Positions 1 to 11,977 of a stretch of 64,000 nucleotides of DNA are shown piece after piece; position 1 is the first letter of the stretch; every line of letters begins with the position of its first letter. The notes under the pieces were generated by a model. That model was not told the origin of the DNA and ran no database searches. It was given only the letters and a program-made list of their open reading frames with translations. The DNA is from Alphaproteobacteria bacterium (GTDB lineage: Bacteria > Pseudomonadota > Alphaproteobacteria > UBA6615), in NCBI GenBank assembly GCA_965261975.1, contig CBDHEC010000057.1:32001-96000 (forward strand). The letters are read 5' to 3'. A program made the translations under genes and the position numbers.

Positions 1-761
1 GCGCTGATCAGGTTGTAATGGCCTTCCTGGCTCTTGTCGTAGAGCGGCGCGCGCTTCTGCACGGTTTCGATCAACAGCGCGGTATCGAGATCACTCTCGA
101 GCCGCAACGCGAACAATTCCTCTGCCAGATTCAGCAAATAGCGCCCATCCCCATCGGCCATCGCCTTGAGCGCCTGTCGCGCTTGCGCATCGACCGGGAG
201 GCGTCGGCCCTCGAGCGCTTCCGCACGCGCAAGCAATTCCTCCAGTGCCACTTCATCGAGCCGGTTCAGGACATAAACCTGGCAACGTGACAGCAATGCG
301 GCGTTGATCTCGAACGACGGATTCTCGGTGGTCGCGCCGATGAGCGTGACCGTTCCGTCCTCGACATAGGGAAGAAATCCGTCCTGCTGCGCCCGGTTGA
401 AGCGATGGATCTCATCAATGAACAAGAGCGTGCCCTGGCCGCCAGCCCGTCGTGCACCCGCGCGCTCGAATACCTTTCGCAGATCGGCAACGCCGGAAAA
501 GACGGCCGAGAGTGGTTCAAACGTAAACTCGGTTTCGAGCGCCAGGAGCCGGGCGATTGTCGTCTTGCCGCAGCCCGGTGGCCCCCAGAGCACCATGCTG
601 GCCAAACGGTCATTCGCGACCATCCGACCGATCGGCCCCTCGGCCCCGAGCAGATGTCCCTGCCCGACCACCTCACTGATGGTTTCAGGGCGCAACCGGT
701 CGGCCAAGGGTCGCGGGGCCTGGCCCGCGAACATCTCCGACTGGTTGTCGGACGCGCTCAT
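1..761 (-). CDS. rarA: Replication-associated recombination protein A (RarA/MgsA AAA+ ATPase), 3' part runs off the window
   Basis: Hand translation of - strand: MSASDNQSEMFAGQAPRPLADRLRP..., Walker A WGPPGCGKTT, FIDEIHRFN, ...QKRAPLYDKSQEGHYNLISA. ATG overlaps the degP stop (ATGA). Not in the ORF track because it is open at the window edge. Confidence 0.93.
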   Translation of the reverse strand, partial: MSASDNQSEMFAGQAPRPLADRLRPETISEVVGQGHLLGAEGPIGRMVANDRLASMVLWGPPGCGKTTIARLLALETEFTFEPLSAVFSGVADLRKVFERAGARRAGGQGTLLFIDEIHRFNRAQQDGFLPYVEDGTVTLIGATTENPSFEINAALLSRCQVYVLNRLDEVALEELLARAEALEGRRLPVDAQARQALKAMADGDGRYLLNLAEELFALRLESDLDTALLIETVQKRAPLYDKSQEGHYNLIS

Positions 762-2179
762 CCTGCGACCGTCAATGAGAACAACCGCCCATCGCGCCGA
801 ACGGTGATGGTCCATTGAGGCGCCGTCTCAGCCGTCAACGCGCGAAGATGCACCACCGATGTGACCTCGACCTTGTTGATCGCAAATATCACGTCGCCGA
901 CCTGAAAGCTCAGTCGATGGGCAGGGCTCCCGGACGCGATCGACCGGATGACGACACCTTCTTCAAAGTGATCGCGGCCCATCTCTTCCGCGACGGCTGG
1001 CGAAAGATTGGCGACGATTGCGCCGGCAATGGGATGGCGGCCCTCCAGGATACCCTCGTCTCGCAGCGGGACTTCAGGGGGAAGCTCGAGGACGATCCTG
1101 ATTTCATGCTCAGACTTTGGCCTCCGCACCGAAAGCTGTGCCTCGTCACCCACGATCCCCGTCGCTATCCGGAAACGTAGCCCCTCCGTATCGAAAACCG
1201 GCTGCCCGTTGAACGCTGTAATGATGTCACCGGATTGCAGGCCGGCGCGCACCGCAGGGCCCTGTTCGTGTATCCCTGACAGGATCACCCCCTCGGGGCG
1301 CGGCAACCCGATTGCTTCGGCAATATCGGCTGTGACGGTCTCGAATGACGCCCCCAGCCAGGCCCGGCGCAACGCGGTACCCGCAGCGGCCCCGTCGATG
1401 ACCGTGCGCACCATGTTCGCAGGAATGGCGAACCCGATACCCTGGCTGCCGCCGCTACGCGAGAAAATCGCCGTGTTGATACCGGCCAGCGTGCCGTCCA
1501 TGCGAAGTAGCGCACCACCGGAGTTTCCCGGGTTAATGGCCGCGTCGGTCTGAATGAAAAAGTTGAAATCGGATATGCCGACCTGAGTCCGCGCGAGGCC
1601 CGAAACGATTCCGCTGGTCACGGTTTTGCCAACCCCGAACGGGTTGCCGATCGCGAGCACGAGATCACCCACCTCCAACTCGTCGCTGTCGCTCAGCGCG
1701 ATGCTGGGCATTTCCTCATCCCCCGCATCGATCTTCAGAATCGCCAGATCCGTGCGCGCGTCCTCGCGCAGGATTGTCGCATCGAATTCCCGGCGGTCGG
1801 ACAAGACAACGGTGATGCTGTCGGCACCTTCAATGACGTGGAAGTTGGTGACAATCAGACCGTCAGGGCGAACGATCACGCCGGATCCCAGGGAATTCTC
1901 AACCCGCTCACGCGGCCGGGCATTCTCGAAAGTGTCGCCAAAGAACCTGCGAAAGAAGGGGTCGTTGAACAATGGCGAGGCCGGCCCGCGGCTTCGTACT
2001 GCCTTGCGGGTAAATACATTCACCACCGCAGGGCTCGCCGCGCGAACCAACGGGGCGAAAGACAGCATGACCTGCTCGCGATTGTCGGGGGTCTCGCGCT
2101 GGGCATGGGTGGCGGTCGCCGAGACGGCCATGACCGTCAACAGGATCAGGCCAAGGAGGACATGTCGTGTGGTGTGCAT
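758..2179 (-). CDS. degP: Do/DegQ-family periplasmic serine endoprotease (HtrA) with two PDZ domains
   Basis: Signal peptide; TNFHV, TDLAILK and DAAINPGNSGGAL catalytic-triad motifs; C-terminal PDZ-like repeats. Confidence 0.92.
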   Translation of the reverse strand: MHTTRHVLLGLILLTVMAVSATATHAQRETPDNREQVMLSFAPLVRAASPAVVNVFTRKAVRSRGPASPLFNDPFFRRFFGDTFENARPRERVENSLGSGVIVRPDGLIVTNFHVIEGADSITVVLSDRREFDATILREDARTDLAILKIDAGDEEMPSIALSDSDELEVGDLVLAIGNPFGVGKTVTSGIVSGLARTQVGISDFNFFIQTDAAINPGNSGGALLRMDGTLAGINTAIFSRSGGSQGIGFAIPANMVRTVIDGAAAGTALRRAWLGASFETVTADIAEAIGLPRPEGVILSGIHEQGPAVRAGLQSGDIITAFNGQPVFDTEGLRFRIATGIVGDEAQLSVRRPKSEHEIRIVLELPPEVPLRDEGILEGRHPIAGAIVANLSPAVAEEMGRDHFEEGVVIRSIASGSPAHRLSFQVGDVIFAINKVEVTSVVHLRALTAETAPQWTITVRRDGRLFSLTVAG

Positions 2180-2226
2180 CTGGTGATTTTAACCTCGTTC
2201 GGGTCGTGATTCACGGACCCAGACGC

Positions 2227-2251
2227 AAAAGGCCGCCCGAGGGCGGCCTTT
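2227..2251 (-). terminator. Rho-independent terminator after rplQ
   Basis: GGCCGCCC-ga-GGGCGGCC hairpin flanked by AAAA/TTT, giving a U-tract on the - strand. Confidence 0.85.
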
Positions 2252-2276
2252 CGGTATTCGTGAGATGAACAGCGGC

Positions 2277-2708
2277 TCAGGCAACGGCCTCCTGAAGCTC
2301 TTCTTCATCTGCAAATTGAACCGGACCGGAATCGAGGCCCTTGGCGTCCTCGTCACGGTCGACGAGCTCGATGATCGCGATCGGAGCGGAATCGCCGTAG
2401 CGATAACCGGCCTTCAACACGCGCGTATAGCCGCCCGGACGGTCGGCATAGCGCTCGGCGAGTGTCGAGAACAGCTTCTCGACAAGCGCGCGATCGCGCA
2501 ACGTGCTGAGCGCCTGACGACGCGCGTGCAAATCGCCACGCTTACCAAGCGAAACCAGCTTATCGACGACACGCCGCAGCTCCTTGGCCTTGGGCAAGGT
2601 GGTCGTGATCTGCTCATGCTTGACCAGTGCTGCCGCCATATTGGCGAACATGGCCTTACGATGACTGCTCGTCCGATTGAGCTTCCGCGGACCTTTACGG
2701 TGACGCAT
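2277..2708 (-). CDS. rplQ: 50S ribosomal protein L17
   Basis: [20 protein letters not shown]...[10 protein letters not shown]; follows rpoA. Confidence 0.98.
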   Translation of the reverse strand: MRHRKGPRKLNRTSSHRKAMFANMAAALVKHEQITTTLPKAKELRRVVDKLVSLGKRGDLHARRQALSTLRDRALVEKLFSTLAERYADRPGGYTRVLKAGYRYGDSAPIAIIELVDRDEDAKGLDSGPVQFADEEELQEAVA

Positions 2709-2735
2709 CTTAACTACTCCTGATTCCGGGAACCG

Positions 2736-3755
2736 CTAGAACGGTTCCTCGAGGCGTTTTGCCAGATCTTCAATGTTCTCCGGCGGCCAGGCCGGAATTT
2801 CCATGCCAAGGTGCAGTCCCATCTGGGCCAGCACTTCCTTGATCTCGTTGAGCGATTTGCGCCCGAAATTCGGGGTCCGCAGCATTTCGGCTTCCGTCTT
2901 CTGAACGAGGTCACCGATATACACGATGTTGTCGTTCTTCAAGCAGTTTGCCGAGCGAACGGACAGTTCGAGTTCATCCACCTTGCGCAACAGGTTGCGA
3001 TTGAATTCGAGCTCGTCATCAATCTCTTCAACCGGCTGGGCCGCCTTCGGCTCCTCGAAGTTCACGAAGAGCTGGAGCTGGTCCTGCAGAATGCGGGCGG
3101 CAAGCGCCATGCAATCTTCCGGGGTGATCGCGCCATTGGTCTCGATGTCCATGGTCAGCTTGTCCAGGTCCGTCCGCTCGCCCACACGTGCGTTACCCAC
3201 GTGATAGGAGACCTTCGTGACCGGCGAGAACAGGGCATCGACCGGAATCAGGCCGATCGGGGCATCCGCCGCACGATTCTGTGTCGCCGGGACGTAACCC
3301 TTGCCGGATTCCACGGTGAGTTCCATGACCACCCGCGCGCCCTGGTCGAGCGTCATCAGAATGTGGTCGGGATCCATGATCTCGATGTCCGGCCCGGTCT
3401 CGATCTGGCTGGCTTTCACCTCACCAGGGCCGGTCGCCGTCAGCGTCATGCGCTTGGGGCCTTCGCTGTGCATGCGCAGCGCCATACCCTTGATGTTCAG
3501 GACGATGTCGGTGACATCCTCACGCACACCGGGGATGGACGAGAATTCATGCAGAACGCCTTCGATCTGCAGCGAGGTCACAGCCGCGCCCTGCAGCGAC
3601 GACATGAGAACACGCCGCATGGCGTTACCGAGGGTCAATCCAAAGCCACGCTCGAGGGGTTCGGCAACAACCGATGCCTGGCGCGCCGGGTTGGCCCCAC
3701 CTGCAATGTCGAGCTTGCTCGGCTTGATCAGTTCGGTCCAATTTTTCTGGAGCAT
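2736..3755 (-). CDS. rpoA: RNA polymerase subunit alpha
   Basis: [17 protein letters not shown]; alpha-[15 protein letters not shown] and [12 protein letters not shown]. Confidence 0.99.
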   Translation of the reverse strand: MLQKNWTELIKPSKLDIAGGANPARQASVVAEPLERGFGLTLGNAMRRVLMSSLQGAAVTSLQIEGVLHEFSSIPGVREDVTDIVLNIKGMALRMHSEGPKRMTLTATGPGEVKASQIETGPDIEIMDPDHILMTLDQGARVVMELTVESGKGYVPATQNRAADAPIGLIPVDALFSPVTKVSYHVGNARVGERTDLDKLTMDIETNGAITPEDCMALAARILQDQLQLFVNFEEPKAAQPVEEIDDELEFNRNLLRKVDELELSVRSANCLKNDNIVYIGDLVQKTEAEMLRTPNFGRKSLNEIKEVLAQMGLHLGMEIPAWPPENIEDLAKRLEEPF

Positions 3756-3849
3756 CTGGGTTTGTCCTCAATTCTGGTCCGGCGCATTGGCGTCGGTGTT
3801 CGGCATCTGCCGATTAAATTTAGTATTCAGCACCCCGAAGGGCGGAAAA

Positions 3850-4242
3850 TCAGACGCGCCGACGCTTGCGCGGCCGGCAGCCGTTATGCGGAACCGGGGT
3901 CACGTCGCGAATGGCTGTGATCTCGAAACCCACCGCCTGCAATGCGCGCAGCGCTGATTCGCGTCCCGAACCCGGGCCCTTCACCTCAACGGCGAGAGTC
4001 TTCATTCCGTGCTCTTGCGCCTTTCGGCCAGCATCTTCGGCCGCCATCTGTGCGGCATAGGGCGTCGATTTACGCGAGCCCTTGAAACCCTGCGAACCGG
4101 CGGACGACCAGGCAATAGAATTGCCCTGCGCATCCGCGATGGTGATGTGCGTGTTGTTAAATGTCGCGCTTACATGCGCCACACCCGAAGTGATGTTCTT
4201 GCGTTCCCGTCTACGGACACGCGCTGTCGCGGCCTTTGCCAT
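3850..4242 (-). CDS. rpsK: 30S ribosomal protein S11
   Basis: [32 protein letters not shown]. Confidence 0.99.
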   Translation of the reverse strand: MAKAATARVRRRERKNITSGVAHVSATFNNTHITIADAQGNSIAWSSAGSQGFKGSRKSTPYAAQMAAEDAGRKAQEHGMKTLAVEVKGPGSGRESALRALQAVGFEITAIRDVTPVPHNGCRPRKRRRV

Positions 4243-4266
4243 TCCTGATCTACCTTGTCCTGCGCC

Positions 4267-4638
4267 CTAGACTTTTTTCTTACCGGTAATCGGCCGAGCC
4301 TTACCCTTACGGGTGCGTGCGTTTGTGTGAGTACGCTGTCCATTCACGGGCAAACCCTTGCGATGGCGCACGCCGCGATACGAACCGAGGTCCATGTATC
4401 GCTTGATGTTCATCGCAACTTCGCGCCGCAAATCACCTTCGACCTGGTAACCCTGATCGATCATCTCGCGGACCCGAATGACCTCGTCGTCGGTCAGTTC
4501 GTGGACACGCCGTTCGAGCGGGATATCGCACTTCGTGCAAATCTCTTCCGCCTTCGTGTGACCAATCCCGTGGATATAGGTCAGCGCGATCGGAACCCGC
4601 TTCTGTGTTGGAATGTTGACACCTGCAATACGCGCCAC
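4267..4638 (-). CDS. rpsM: 30S ribosomal protein S13
   Basis: [10 protein letters not shown]...[18 protein letters not shown]. Confidence 0.99.
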   Translation of the reverse strand: MARIAGVNIPTQKRVPIALTYIHGIGHTKAEEICTKCDIPLERRVHELTDDEVIRVREMIDQGYQVEGDLRREVAMNIKRYMDLGSYRGVRHRKGLPVNGQRTHTNARTRKGKARPITGKKKV

Positions 4639-4708
4639 GTTCCGAACTCCTTCATGGTTACGGTGCGGTCAAAACGGCCAAATTTTCTAAGGTTGCCCGA
4701 GCGGCGGG

Positions 4709-4736
4709 ATTATATGAATTTCCGCCATAGGGTCAA
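4709..4736 (-). promoter_or_regulatory. Sigma70-type promoter of the alpha operon (rpsM)
   Basis: TTGACC-16 nt-TATAAT on the - strand upstream of rpsM. Confidence 0.75.
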
Positions 4737-4740
4737 CAGC

Positions 4741-5319
4741 TTAGCCGGACGTTATGATCGCCTCTATTTGGTTAGACACTTCGTCGATCGACTGCATTCC
4801 ATCGACTTTTTTCAACATGCCCCGGGATTCGTAATACGGCAGTATCGGGGCGGTTTGCTCGTGATACACATCAAGCCGATGCTTCAGCGTTTCGGCATTG
4901 TCATCGTCTCGTCGTTCTGCTTCCGGCGTCTCGGCAACACGCGCGTTAATCCGGTCTATCAGGACAGCGTCATCGACCGATATTTCGATCACATGGTCAA
5001 GCCGAAGTCCTTTTGTTTCCAGCATCTTATCCAGCGCATCGGCCTGCGCCGTCGTGCGCGGAAAACCATCCAAAATGAACCCGTTCGCGCAGTCCGGCTC
5101 GGCGATACGCGCCGAAATAATCTCCACCATGATGTCATCCGGCATCAGTTTACCGGCATCCATCACCGCTTTCGCCTGCGCGCCCAGATCGCTTCCCGAT
5201 GCAACCGCTGCGCGAAGCATGTCGCCTGTCGACAACTGGATGAGACCGTGATTGTCGACCAGCACCTTGGCCTGCGTTCCCTTGCCTGCGCCCGGCGGCC
5301 CCAGAAGGATAAAATTCAT
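4741..5319 (-). CDS. adk: Adenylate kinase (short-LID type)
   Basis: GPPGAGKGTQA P-loop, LSTGDMLR, LDGFPRT; short LID (ERRDDD). Confidence 0.97.
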   Translation of the reverse strand: MNFILLGPPGAGKGTQAKVLVDNHGLIQLSTGDMLRAAVASGSDLGAQAKAVMDAGKLMPDDIMVEIISARIAEPDCANGFILDGFPRTTAQADALDKMLETKGLRLDHVIEISVDDAVLIDRINARVAETPEAERRDDDNAETLKHRLDVYHEQTAPILPYYESRGMLKKVDGMQSIDEVSNQIEAIITSG

Positions 5320-5341
5320 CGCCCCATTACCCCGCGAACTT

Positions 5342-6685
5342 CTAGCCCCGACGGCCCTTCAATTTGGCCTTACGGATCAAGCCTTCATACTGATGCGCCA
5401 GCAAATGGCTCTGGATCTGCGCGACCGTATCCATCGAGACCACGACCACGATCAGCAGGCTCGTTCCACCAAAGAAGAAGGGCACAGAGAATCGTGAGAT
5501 CAGGACTTCGGGCAACAGAGCCACAAGCGTGAGGTAACCCGCCCCCACCACCGTCAGCCTGGTCAGGACATAATCGAAGAATTCAGCCGTATTCTTGCCC
5601 GGCCGAATACCCGGCACAAAGCCGCCATTCTTCTTCAGATTGTCGGCCGTCTCCTCGGGATTGAAGACAATCGCGGTATAGAAGAATGCAAAGAAGATGA
5701 TAAGCGCGGCGAACAACAGGAAAAACAGCGGTTGTCCCCGTCCGATGAGCGCCGTCACGGAATTCAGCACCCCGCCGCCGCCGCCGCCCGAGAAACCGGC
5801 GATTGAAACCGGTGTCAGAAGGATCGATGTCGCGAAGATGATCGGGATAACGCCCGACGTGTTGAGCTTCAACGGGATGTGAGAAGACTCACCGCCGAAC
5901 ATACGGTTTCCGACCTGGCGCTTCGGATACTGAACAATGATCCGACGCTGGGCACGCTCCACAAAGACGATGAACATCGTGACGGCCACCGCGAAAATCA
6001 GGAAGCCGATGATGAACAGGGCCGAAAGCGCACCGGTGCGACCCAACTCAAGTGTCGAGGCCAGGGCCGTCGGCAGTGCTGCCACGATGCCGGCGAAGAT
6101 GATCAGTGAAATTCCGTTGCCGACGCCGCGGGCGGTAATCTGCTCGCCCAGCCACATCAGGAACATGGTACCGCCGACGATGGTGATGACCGTGCTGGTG
6201 CGGAAGAAATAACCGGGGTTCTCGACGGCCGCGCCCTGAGACGTGGCCAAGCTCTCGAGGCCGACCGAAAGCCCGTAGGCCTGAATGACCGCCAGACAAA
6301 CCGTCAGATAACGGGTGTACTGGTTGATCTTCTTGCGGCCCGACTCACCCTCTTTCTTCAGCTGCTCGATGCTCGGCGAGATGGCCGTCATCAACTGCAT
6401 GATAATCGCGGCGGAAATATATGGAATCACATTGAGCGCGAAGATACTCATGCGCGACAGCGCGCCGCCGGCAAACGCATCGAAGACGCCGAGAATACCG
6501 TCCGACTGCTGGGTGAAGATGTCGCCGATAATGACCGGATCAATGCCCGGGATCGGAATAAACGTACCCAACCGGTACACGATCAACGCGCCCAGGGTAA
6601 ACCACAGGCGCTTCTTGAGTTCGGTCGCCTTCGAGAAGGCACCAAAATTCAAGTTTGAGGCGATTTGCTCGGCTGTACTCGCCAT
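5342..6685 (-). CDS. secY: Preprotein translocase subunit SecY
   Basis: SIFALNVIPYISAAII, GVGNGISLIIF, IPLKLNTSGVIP, VPGIRPG. Confidence 0.99.
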   Translation of the reverse strand: MASTAEQIASNLNFGAFSKATELKKRLWFTLGALIVYRLGTFIPIPGIDPVIIGDIFTQQSDGILGVFDAFAGGALSRMSIFALNVIPYISAAIIMQLMTAISPSIEQLKKEGESGRKKINQYTRYLTVCLAVIQAYGLSVGLESLATSQGAAVENPGYFFRTSTVITIVGGTMFLMWLGEQITARGVGNGISLIIFAGIVAALPTALASTLELGRTGALSALFIIGFLIFAVAVTMFIVFVERAQRRIIVQYPKRQVGNRMFGGESSHIPLKLNTSGVIPIIFATSILLTPVSIAGFSGGGGGGVLNSVTALIGRGQPLFFLLFAALIIFFAFFYTAIVFNPEETADNLKKNGGFVPGIRPGKNTAEFFDYVLTRLTVVGAGYLTLVALLPEVLISRFSVPFFFGGTSLLIVVVVSMDTVAQIQSHLLAHQYEGLIRKAKLKGRRG

Positions 6686-6757
6686 CTAGATTTCCGTTCG
6701 CAACGTTGGGTTACGATCCATGTGGGTGATCACGGTCTCGGATCAATAAATATCCGG

Positions 6758-7312
6758 TTACGATTCCGTGCTTTCCTCGTCGTCATCGCTCTTCGCCGGT
6801 GCCGCATCGCCATCGGGAACAGTCTTGATCGTCCGCGGTGTTTTTTCCTTCGGCTGAATCGACACGGTAATCGAACCCCCGGCCTTCTCGACCGCGGCCA
6901 CCGCGCCACGCGTCGCACTGGCCAACTCAAGGCTGACCTTGGACGTAAGTTCGCCCGTCGCCAGGAGACGGACACCATCGAGTTTACGACGCACCACACC
7001 GGCGCTGACCAACGCATCCTCGGTGATCGTGCTGCCCGCATCGAGCTTCTTGGCATCGATCGCGGTCTGCAGACGACCCAGTGTGAGTTCAGCCAGGTTG
7101 ACGCGGTTCGGCTTGGTGAAACCCCGCTTCGGCAGGCGACGATAGAGCGGCATCTGGCCACCCTCGAAACCCTTGATCGCCACGCCGGAACGCGACTTCT
7201 GACCCTTCATGCCACGACCGCCGGTCTTGCCCAGCCCGGAACCCGGGCCTCGGCCGACGCGTTTACGTGCGCGACGGGCACCCTGATTGTCTGACAACTC
7301 ATTGATATTCAT
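6758..7312 (-). CDS. rplO: 50S ribosomal protein L15 (with acidic C-terminal tail)
   Basis: [42 protein letters not shown]. Confidence 0.98.
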   Translation of the reverse strand: MNINELSDNQGARRARKRVGRGPGSGLGKTGGRGMKGQKSRSGVAIKGFEGGQMPLYRRLPKRGFTKPNRVNLAELTLGRLQTAIDAKKLDAGSTITEDALVSAGVVRRKLDGVRLLATGELTSKVSLELASATRGAVAAVEKAGGSITVSIQPKEKTPRTIKTVPDGDAAPAKSDDDEESTES

Positions 7313-7324
7313 GATCTAATTCCG

Positions 7325-7519
7325 TCAGTCTGCTTCTTCGACACGAACGAGATGCTTAACCTTCTCGATCATGCCGCGCACGGCAGGGGTATCTTCCAAT
7401 TCACGCGTGCGATGGCGCTTGTTGAGACCAAGTCCGATCAGCGTCTGCCGCTGATCACCCCGGCGCCCGATAGCGCTGCCATGCTGCGTGACACGAACAG
7501 TTTTCTTCGCATCAGCCAT
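7325..7519 (-). CDS. rpmD: 50S ribosomal protein L30
   Basis: [19 protein letters not shown]...[16 protein letters not shown]; start trimmed from ORF 7325..7603. Confidence 0.95.
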   Translation of the reverse strand: MADAKKTVRVTQHGSAIGRRGDQRQTLIGLGLNKRHRTRELEDTPAVRGMIEKVKHLVRVEEAD

Positions 7520-8126
7520 TTTCGGCCTCCGCCTCTGCGGTCTCGGCCTCTTCGCCACCGCCAACCGAATCCTGGACACCACGGCGTCCGATGATATCGG
7601 CAACCTTCAAGCCGCGGCGCGCGGCAACGGCGCGCGGCGACATCATGTTCTCGAGTGCCTCGAAAGACGCCTTGATCATGTTGTGCGGGTTGGAGGTCCC
7701 GATGGATTTGGCCACGACATCCTGAACGCCAAGGCATTCGAATACTGCGCGCAGCGGACCGCCCGCAATGATACCCGTTCCCGCCGGTGCGGCCCGAAGA
7801 ACCACATGACCAGCGCCGAAATGACCCTGCACATCATGGTGCAGCGTGCGGCCCTCGCGTAGCGGCACGCGGACCATTGCCCGTTTGGCCGATTCGGTCG
7901 CCTTGCGGATCGCCTCGGGGACTTCGCGGGCCTTGCCGGAGCCGTGCCCGACGCGGCCGTTCTGATCGCCGACAACGACGATGGCAGCGAAACCGAAGCG
8001 TCGCCCGCCCTTAACAACCTTCGCCACACGGTTAATGCTGACGAGGCGTTCGACGAACTCACTGTCTTCGCGGTTGTCGCGACGACCGCCGCCTTCACGG
8101 CGATTGCGTTGTGGTGCCTGTGCCAT
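7512..8126 (-). CDS. rpsE: 30S ribosomal protein S5
   Basis: [32 protein letters not shown]. Confidence 0.99.
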   Translation of the reverse strand: MAQAPQRNRREGGGRRDNREDSEFVERLVSINRVAKVVKGGRRFGFAAIVVVGDQNGRVGHGSGKAREVPEAIRKATESAKRAMVRVPLREGRTLHHDVQGHFGAGHVVLRAAPAGTGIIAGGPLRAVFECLGVQDVVAKSIGTSNPHNMIKASFEALENMMSPRAVAARRGLKVADIIGRRGVQDSVGGGEEAETAEAEAENG

Positions 8127-8138
8127 TCCTGCCGACCC

Positions 8139-8501
8139 CTAGAAGTTCAAACCGCCGCTACGCGCGGCTTCGGCCAGGGCTTTCACCCGACCATGAAAAA
8201 GATAGCTGCCACGGTCGAACACAACGTCCGAGACGCCGGCGGCCTTGGCACGCTCGGCAATCAACTTTCCAACCTCGGAAGCGCCGTCGATATTCCAGCC
8301 TTTGCCAGTCTTGAAATCCTTGTCTTTCGACGAAGCCGCAGCGAGAGTCGCGCCGGCGTTGTCGTCGATGACCTGCGCATAGATATGCCGGCCGGAACGA
8401 AACACGCTGAGGCGCGGCCGACTGTTCTTCGCGACGCGCCGCAGCTTCGAGCGAACGCGATTGCGGCGTCGAATTGCCAGATTGCGTAGGGTCGACGTCA
8501 T
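8139..8501 (-). CDS. rplR: 50S ribosomal protein L18
   Basis: [31 protein letters not shown]. Confidence 0.98.
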   Translation of the reverse strand: MTSTLRNLAIRRRNRVRSKLRRVAKNSRPRLSVFRSGRHIYAQVIDDNAGATLAAASSKDKDFKTGKGWNIDGASEVGKLIAERAKAAGVSDVVFDRGSYLFHGRVKALAEAARSGGLNF

Positions 8502-9031
8502 TTCTTCTTACCTTCCTTGCGAATGATGACCTCACCCGCGTACTTGATACCCTTGCCCTTATAAGGCTCCGGCTTGCGATAGCCCCTAATCTCCGCGGCG
8601 ACCTGGCCAACGGCCTGTTTGTCGGCGCCCGAGATCACGACGGTCGTCGGACCTTCGCACTTGATCGTAATCCCTTCGGGGATCGGGAAATTCACGTCAT
8701 GGCTGAAACCGAGCTGCAGGTTCAGGTTCTTGCCCTGAACGGCTGCACGGTAACCAACGCCCGTGATCTCCAACGTCTTGGTGAAGCCTTCGGTGACACC
8801 CTCAACAAGGTTGTTGACCAGGGCGCGCGATGTCCCCCACGACATGCGGGCGCGTTTGCTGGTTGAACGCGGCTTAACGACAATTGCCCCGTCGTCCTGA
8901 GTCACCTCGACGTCTGCCGGCAGTTCAACCGCCAGTTCGCCCAATTTTCCTTTGGCCGAAACCAGCTGGCCGGAAATCTGAACGTCGGTGCCGTCAGGGA
9001 CGGCGACCGGGGTGCTTCCTACTCGCGACAT
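8498..9031 (-). CDS. rplF: 50S ribosomal protein L6
   Basis: MSRVGSTPV...[13 protein letters not shown]; start trimmed to MSRVG. Confidence 0.98.
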   Translation of the reverse strand: MSRVGSTPVAVPDGTDVQISGQLVSAKGKLGELAVELPADVEVTQDDGAIVVKPRSTSKRARMSWGTSRALVNNLVEGVTEGFTKTLEITGVGYRAAVQGKNLNLQLGFSHDVNFPIPEGITIKCEGPTTVVISGADKQAVGQVAAEIRGYRKPEPYKGKGIKYAGEVIIRKEGKKK

Positions 9032-9061
9032 ACTCCGTGTCTCCTCTACCCGCACACACGC

Positions 9062-9460
9062 CTAGAAGACGTGGCACAGCACCTCGCCGCCGACATTCTC
9101 CGCACGTGCGGTGTTGTCCGACAGCACGCCCTTGGGCGTCGACAAAATTGCAATCCCGAGCCCGCCGTAAACCTGGCGCAAATCGCGGATCTTCGAATAC
9201 ACCCGGCGACCGGGGCGCGAAACGCGCTGGATCTCGCGGATAACCGGCGTACCTTCCTGGTATTTCAGCTCAATCGTGATCTCGGAAATACCCTGACGCA
9301 TCTCCGCCACGCTATAGCCACGGATAAAACCTTCCGTCTGCAGAACATCAAGAACGCGCTCGCGCATCCGAGAAGCCGGCGACACAACAGTACCGAGGCC
9401 CGCGCGCTGTCCGTTACGGATTCGCGTGAGCATATCGCCAAGAGGATCAGACATCGACAT
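9062..9460 (-). CDS. rpsH: 30S ribosomal protein S8
   Basis: [26 protein letters not shown]. Confidence 0.99.
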   Translation of the reverse strand: MSMSDPLGDMLTRIRNGQRAGLGTVVSPASRMRERVLDVLQTEGFIRGYSVAEMRQGISEITIELKYQEGTPVIREIQRVSRPGRRVYSKIRDLRQVYGGLGIAILSTPKGVLSDNTARAENVGGEVLCHVF

Positions 9461-9473
9461 GTGTACGCTCCCC

Positions 9474-9779
9474 CTACCAGCTCGACTTCACGAGACCGGG
9501 AATTCGGCCCGTGGAACCCAGTTCACGCAGTGCAATTCGCGACATGCGGAATTTCCGGTAATACGCCCGAGGACGCCCCGTCAGTTCGCACCGATTGCGA
9601 ACGCGGATCTTCGCGGAATTGCGCGGCAGCTTCGCGAGCTTCATACGCGCCGCAAAACGCTCTTCGGGCTGACGTGAAGAATCACGCGCGATAGCTTTGA
9701 GATCTTCGCGCTTGGCGGCATACTGGTCAACCAGCTTGCGCCGCCGCTTGTTCTTCTCGATCGCACTCTTCTTTGCCAT
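9474..9779 (-). CDS. rpsN: 30S ribosomal protein S14 (long, non-zinc type)
   Basis: LPRNS...[25 protein letters not shown]. Confidence 0.98.
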   Translation of the reverse strand: MAKKSAIEKNKRRRKLVDQYAAKREDLKAIARDSSRQPEERFAARMKLAKLPRNSAKIRVRNRCELTGRPRAYYRKFRMSRIALRELGSTGRIPGLVKSSW

Positions 9780-9803
9780 ATCGTTAGGTCTCCTGACCGA
9801 CGT

Positions 9804-10346
9804 CTATTCGCGGAACGGCATTTCGAAGCCGCGCAGAAGTTCGCGCGCTTCGTCATCCGTATCTGCGGTCGTGCAAATGATGACATCGAGGCCGCGAATT
9901 TCGTCGACCTCGTCATAATTGATTTCCGGGAACACAATCTGCTCGCGCAGGCCCATCGCGTAATTGCCGCGCCCGTCGAAACTGGTCGGACGCAGGCCAC
10001 GGAAGTCACGAACGCGCGGCAAAGCGATTGTCACCAAACGATCCAGGAACTCGAACATCCGCTCACGACGCAAGGTCACCTTGCAGCCGATTGCCACCCC
10101 TTCACGGAGCTTGAAGTTCGCGATCGATTGCTTGGCAGTGGTGATTTGCGCCTTCTGCCCGGCAATCAAGCCCATCTCGTTCGTCGCAGTTTCGATTTTC
10201 TTCGAATCCTGCGTCGCTTCGCCAAGTCCCATATTGAGAACGATTTTGTCCAGACGCGGAACCGCAAGATCGTTCGGATACCCGAACTGTTCCTTCAGTT
10301 TCGGTTTGACGACGCTCTCATATTGCTCGGCCAATCGTGTATTCAT
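9804..10346 (-). CDS. rplE: 50S ribosomal protein L5
   Basis: MNTRLAEQY..., [17 protein letters not shown]; start trimmed. Confidence 0.98.
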   Translation of the reverse strand: MNTRLAEQYESVVKPKLKEQFGYPNDLAVPRLDKIVLNMGLGEATQDSKKIETATNEMGLIAGQKAQITTAKQSIANFKLREGVAIGCKVTLRRERMFEFLDRLVTIALPRVRDFRGLRPTSFDGRGNYAMGLREQIVFPEINYDEVDEIRGLDVIICTTADTDDEARELLRGFEMPFRE

Positions 10347-10353
10347 GTCACAC

Positions 10354-10692
10354 CTATTGGTCAATGATCTCGCCGGACCGCTTGGCAAAGCGAACTTTGC
10401 GGCCGTCGTCGAGAGTCTTGTAGCCGACACGGGTCGGCTTTCTTGTGTCAGGATCAATCAAGGCGACGTTCGATACATGGATCGACGCCTCGAATTCATT
10501 AATGCCACCGGGCGATGTTTGGGTCGGGCGCTGATGGCGTTTCGCCATATTCACACCCTGCACCAGAACCCGGTTGCGCTCGCGATCGACACGCAGCACT
10601 TCACCGGTCTTGCCCTTGTCGCGGCCGGTCACAACGACGACCTGGTCGCCGCGCTTCACCCGCATCTTGGTATTCGCAGTTGTCGCCATCAA
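10354..10692 (-). CDS. rplX: 50S ribosomal protein L24
   Basis: [23 protein letters not shown] motif, EASIHVSNV. Confidence 0.98.
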   Translation of the reverse strand: MMATTANTKMRVKRGDQVVVVTGRDKGKTGEVLRVDRERNRVLVQGVNMAKRHQRPTQTSPGGINEFEASIHVSNVALIDPDTRKPTRVGYKTLDDGRKVRFAKRSGEIIDQ

Positions 10693-11057
10693 AGCACCTC
10701 CGGCGCCAGCGAGATGATCTTCATGTAACGCCGCGCACGAAGTTCACGCGTCACCGGTCCGAAAATGCGGGTCCCGATGGGCTCGCCTTGCGGGGTGATG
10801 AGTACAGCGGCGTTGCTGTCGAAACGGATCGTGCTGCCATCCGAGCGGCTGATATCCTTTTTCGTACGAACGATAACGGCACGATGGATTTCACCCTTTT
10901 TCACGCGGCCACGCGGAATGGCTTCCTTAACGGACACCACAATCACGTCACCCACGCCGGCGGTCATGCGCTTTGAGCCGCCCAGCACCTTGATGCACTG
11001 CACCCGGCGCGCGCCGCTGTTGTCAGCGACTTCCAGGTTGGTCTGCATCTGAATCAT
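10689..11057 (-). CDS. rplN: 50S ribosomal protein L14
   Basis: [16 protein letters not shown]...IISLAPEVL. Confidence 0.99.
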   Translation of the reverse strand: MIQMQTNLEVADNSGARRVQCIKVLGGSKRMTAGVGDVIVVSVKEAIPRGRVKKGEIHRAVIVRTKKDISRSDGSTIRFDSNAAVLITPQGEPIGTRIFGPVTRELRARRYMKIISLAPEVL

Positions 11058-11094
11058 TGTCTTCTGCCCTCAATGGCAACCTTGGCGAAATGCC

Positions 11095-11334
11095 TTAGGC
11101 GCCAACCTTTTCAATCACTTCAAAATGCTTCGACTTGGAAATCGGACGGCATTCGCGAATACGAACCACGTCGCCAATCTCAAGGCTGTTTTCTGCGTCA
11201 TGCGCCGCAATCTTCTTCGATTGGGTCATGAACTTCTTATAGATCGGGTGGCGAACACGCCGGTCCACGCGAACCGTGACCGATTTGTCCATCTTATTGC
11301 TCACCACCGTGCCGGTAAGAACGCGTCGCGGCAT
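11095..11334 (-). CDS. rpsQ: 30S ribosomal protein S17
   Basis: [21 protein letters not shown]. Confidence 0.98.
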   Translation of the reverse strand: MPRRVLTGTVVSNKMDKSVTVRVDRRVRHPIYKKFMTQSKKIAAHDAENSLEIGDVVRIRECRPISKSKHFEVIEKVGA

Positions 11335-11345
11335 CCTGCTAACTC

Positions 11346-11540
11346 CTATTGCGCCAGACGGCGCTCGTTGAGCACTGTCTGCACGCGCGCGATATCCCGT
11401 CGCACGTCGCGCACCCGCGCCGTATTCTCAAGTTGTCCGCTCGCCTGCTGGAAACGCAGGTTGAACGCCTCTTTCTTCAAACCGCGCAGTTCGTCACGCA
11501 GTTCGTCTTCGGTTTTCGCCCGGATATCTGCCGCTTTCAT
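11346..11540 (-). CDS. rpmC: 50S ribosomal protein L29
   Basis: [23 protein letters not shown]. Confidence 0.98.
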   Translation of the reverse strand: MKAADIRAKTEDELRDELRGLKKEAFNLRFQQASGQLENTARVRDVRRDIARVQTVLNERRLAQ

Positions 11541-11545
11541 GACAA

Positions 11546-11959
11546 TTACCCCGTCACGCGTGACACGACGCGTGTCTGCAACGGCAATTTCGCCGACGCG
11601 AGTTCAAAGGCTTCGCGTGCCACGTCATCCGGCACGCCATCGATCTCGAACATCACCCGACCCGGTTTCACCCGGACCATCCAGTATTCGGGTGTGCCCT
11701 TACCCTTACCCATACGCACTTCCGCCGGCTTCTGACTGACGGGCACGTCGGGGAAAACACGGATCCACACACGCCCGGCGCGCTTCATATGACGCGTCAT
11801 CGCGCGACGAGCTGCTTCGAGCTGGCGGGCCGTCACACGTCCCGGCGTGATCGCCTTCAACCCATATGAGCCAAAGTTCAACGAATTGCCGGACTGGGCG
11901 ACGCCATGCAGGCGGCCCTTGTGCTGTTTGCGGTACTTTGTTCGTTTTGGACTTAGCAT
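11546..11959 (-). CDS. rplP: 50S ribosomal protein L16
   Basis: [27 protein letters not shown]. Confidence 0.99.
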   Translation of the reverse strand: MLSPKRTKYRKQHKGRLHGVAQSGNSLNFGSYGLKAITPGRVTARQLEAARRAMTRHMKRAGRVWIRVFPDVPVSQKPAEVRMGKGKGTPEYWMVRVKPGRVMFEIDGVPDDVAREAFELASAKLPLQTRVVSRVTG

Positions 11960-11977
11960 CTCTAAACCTCCGGGCGG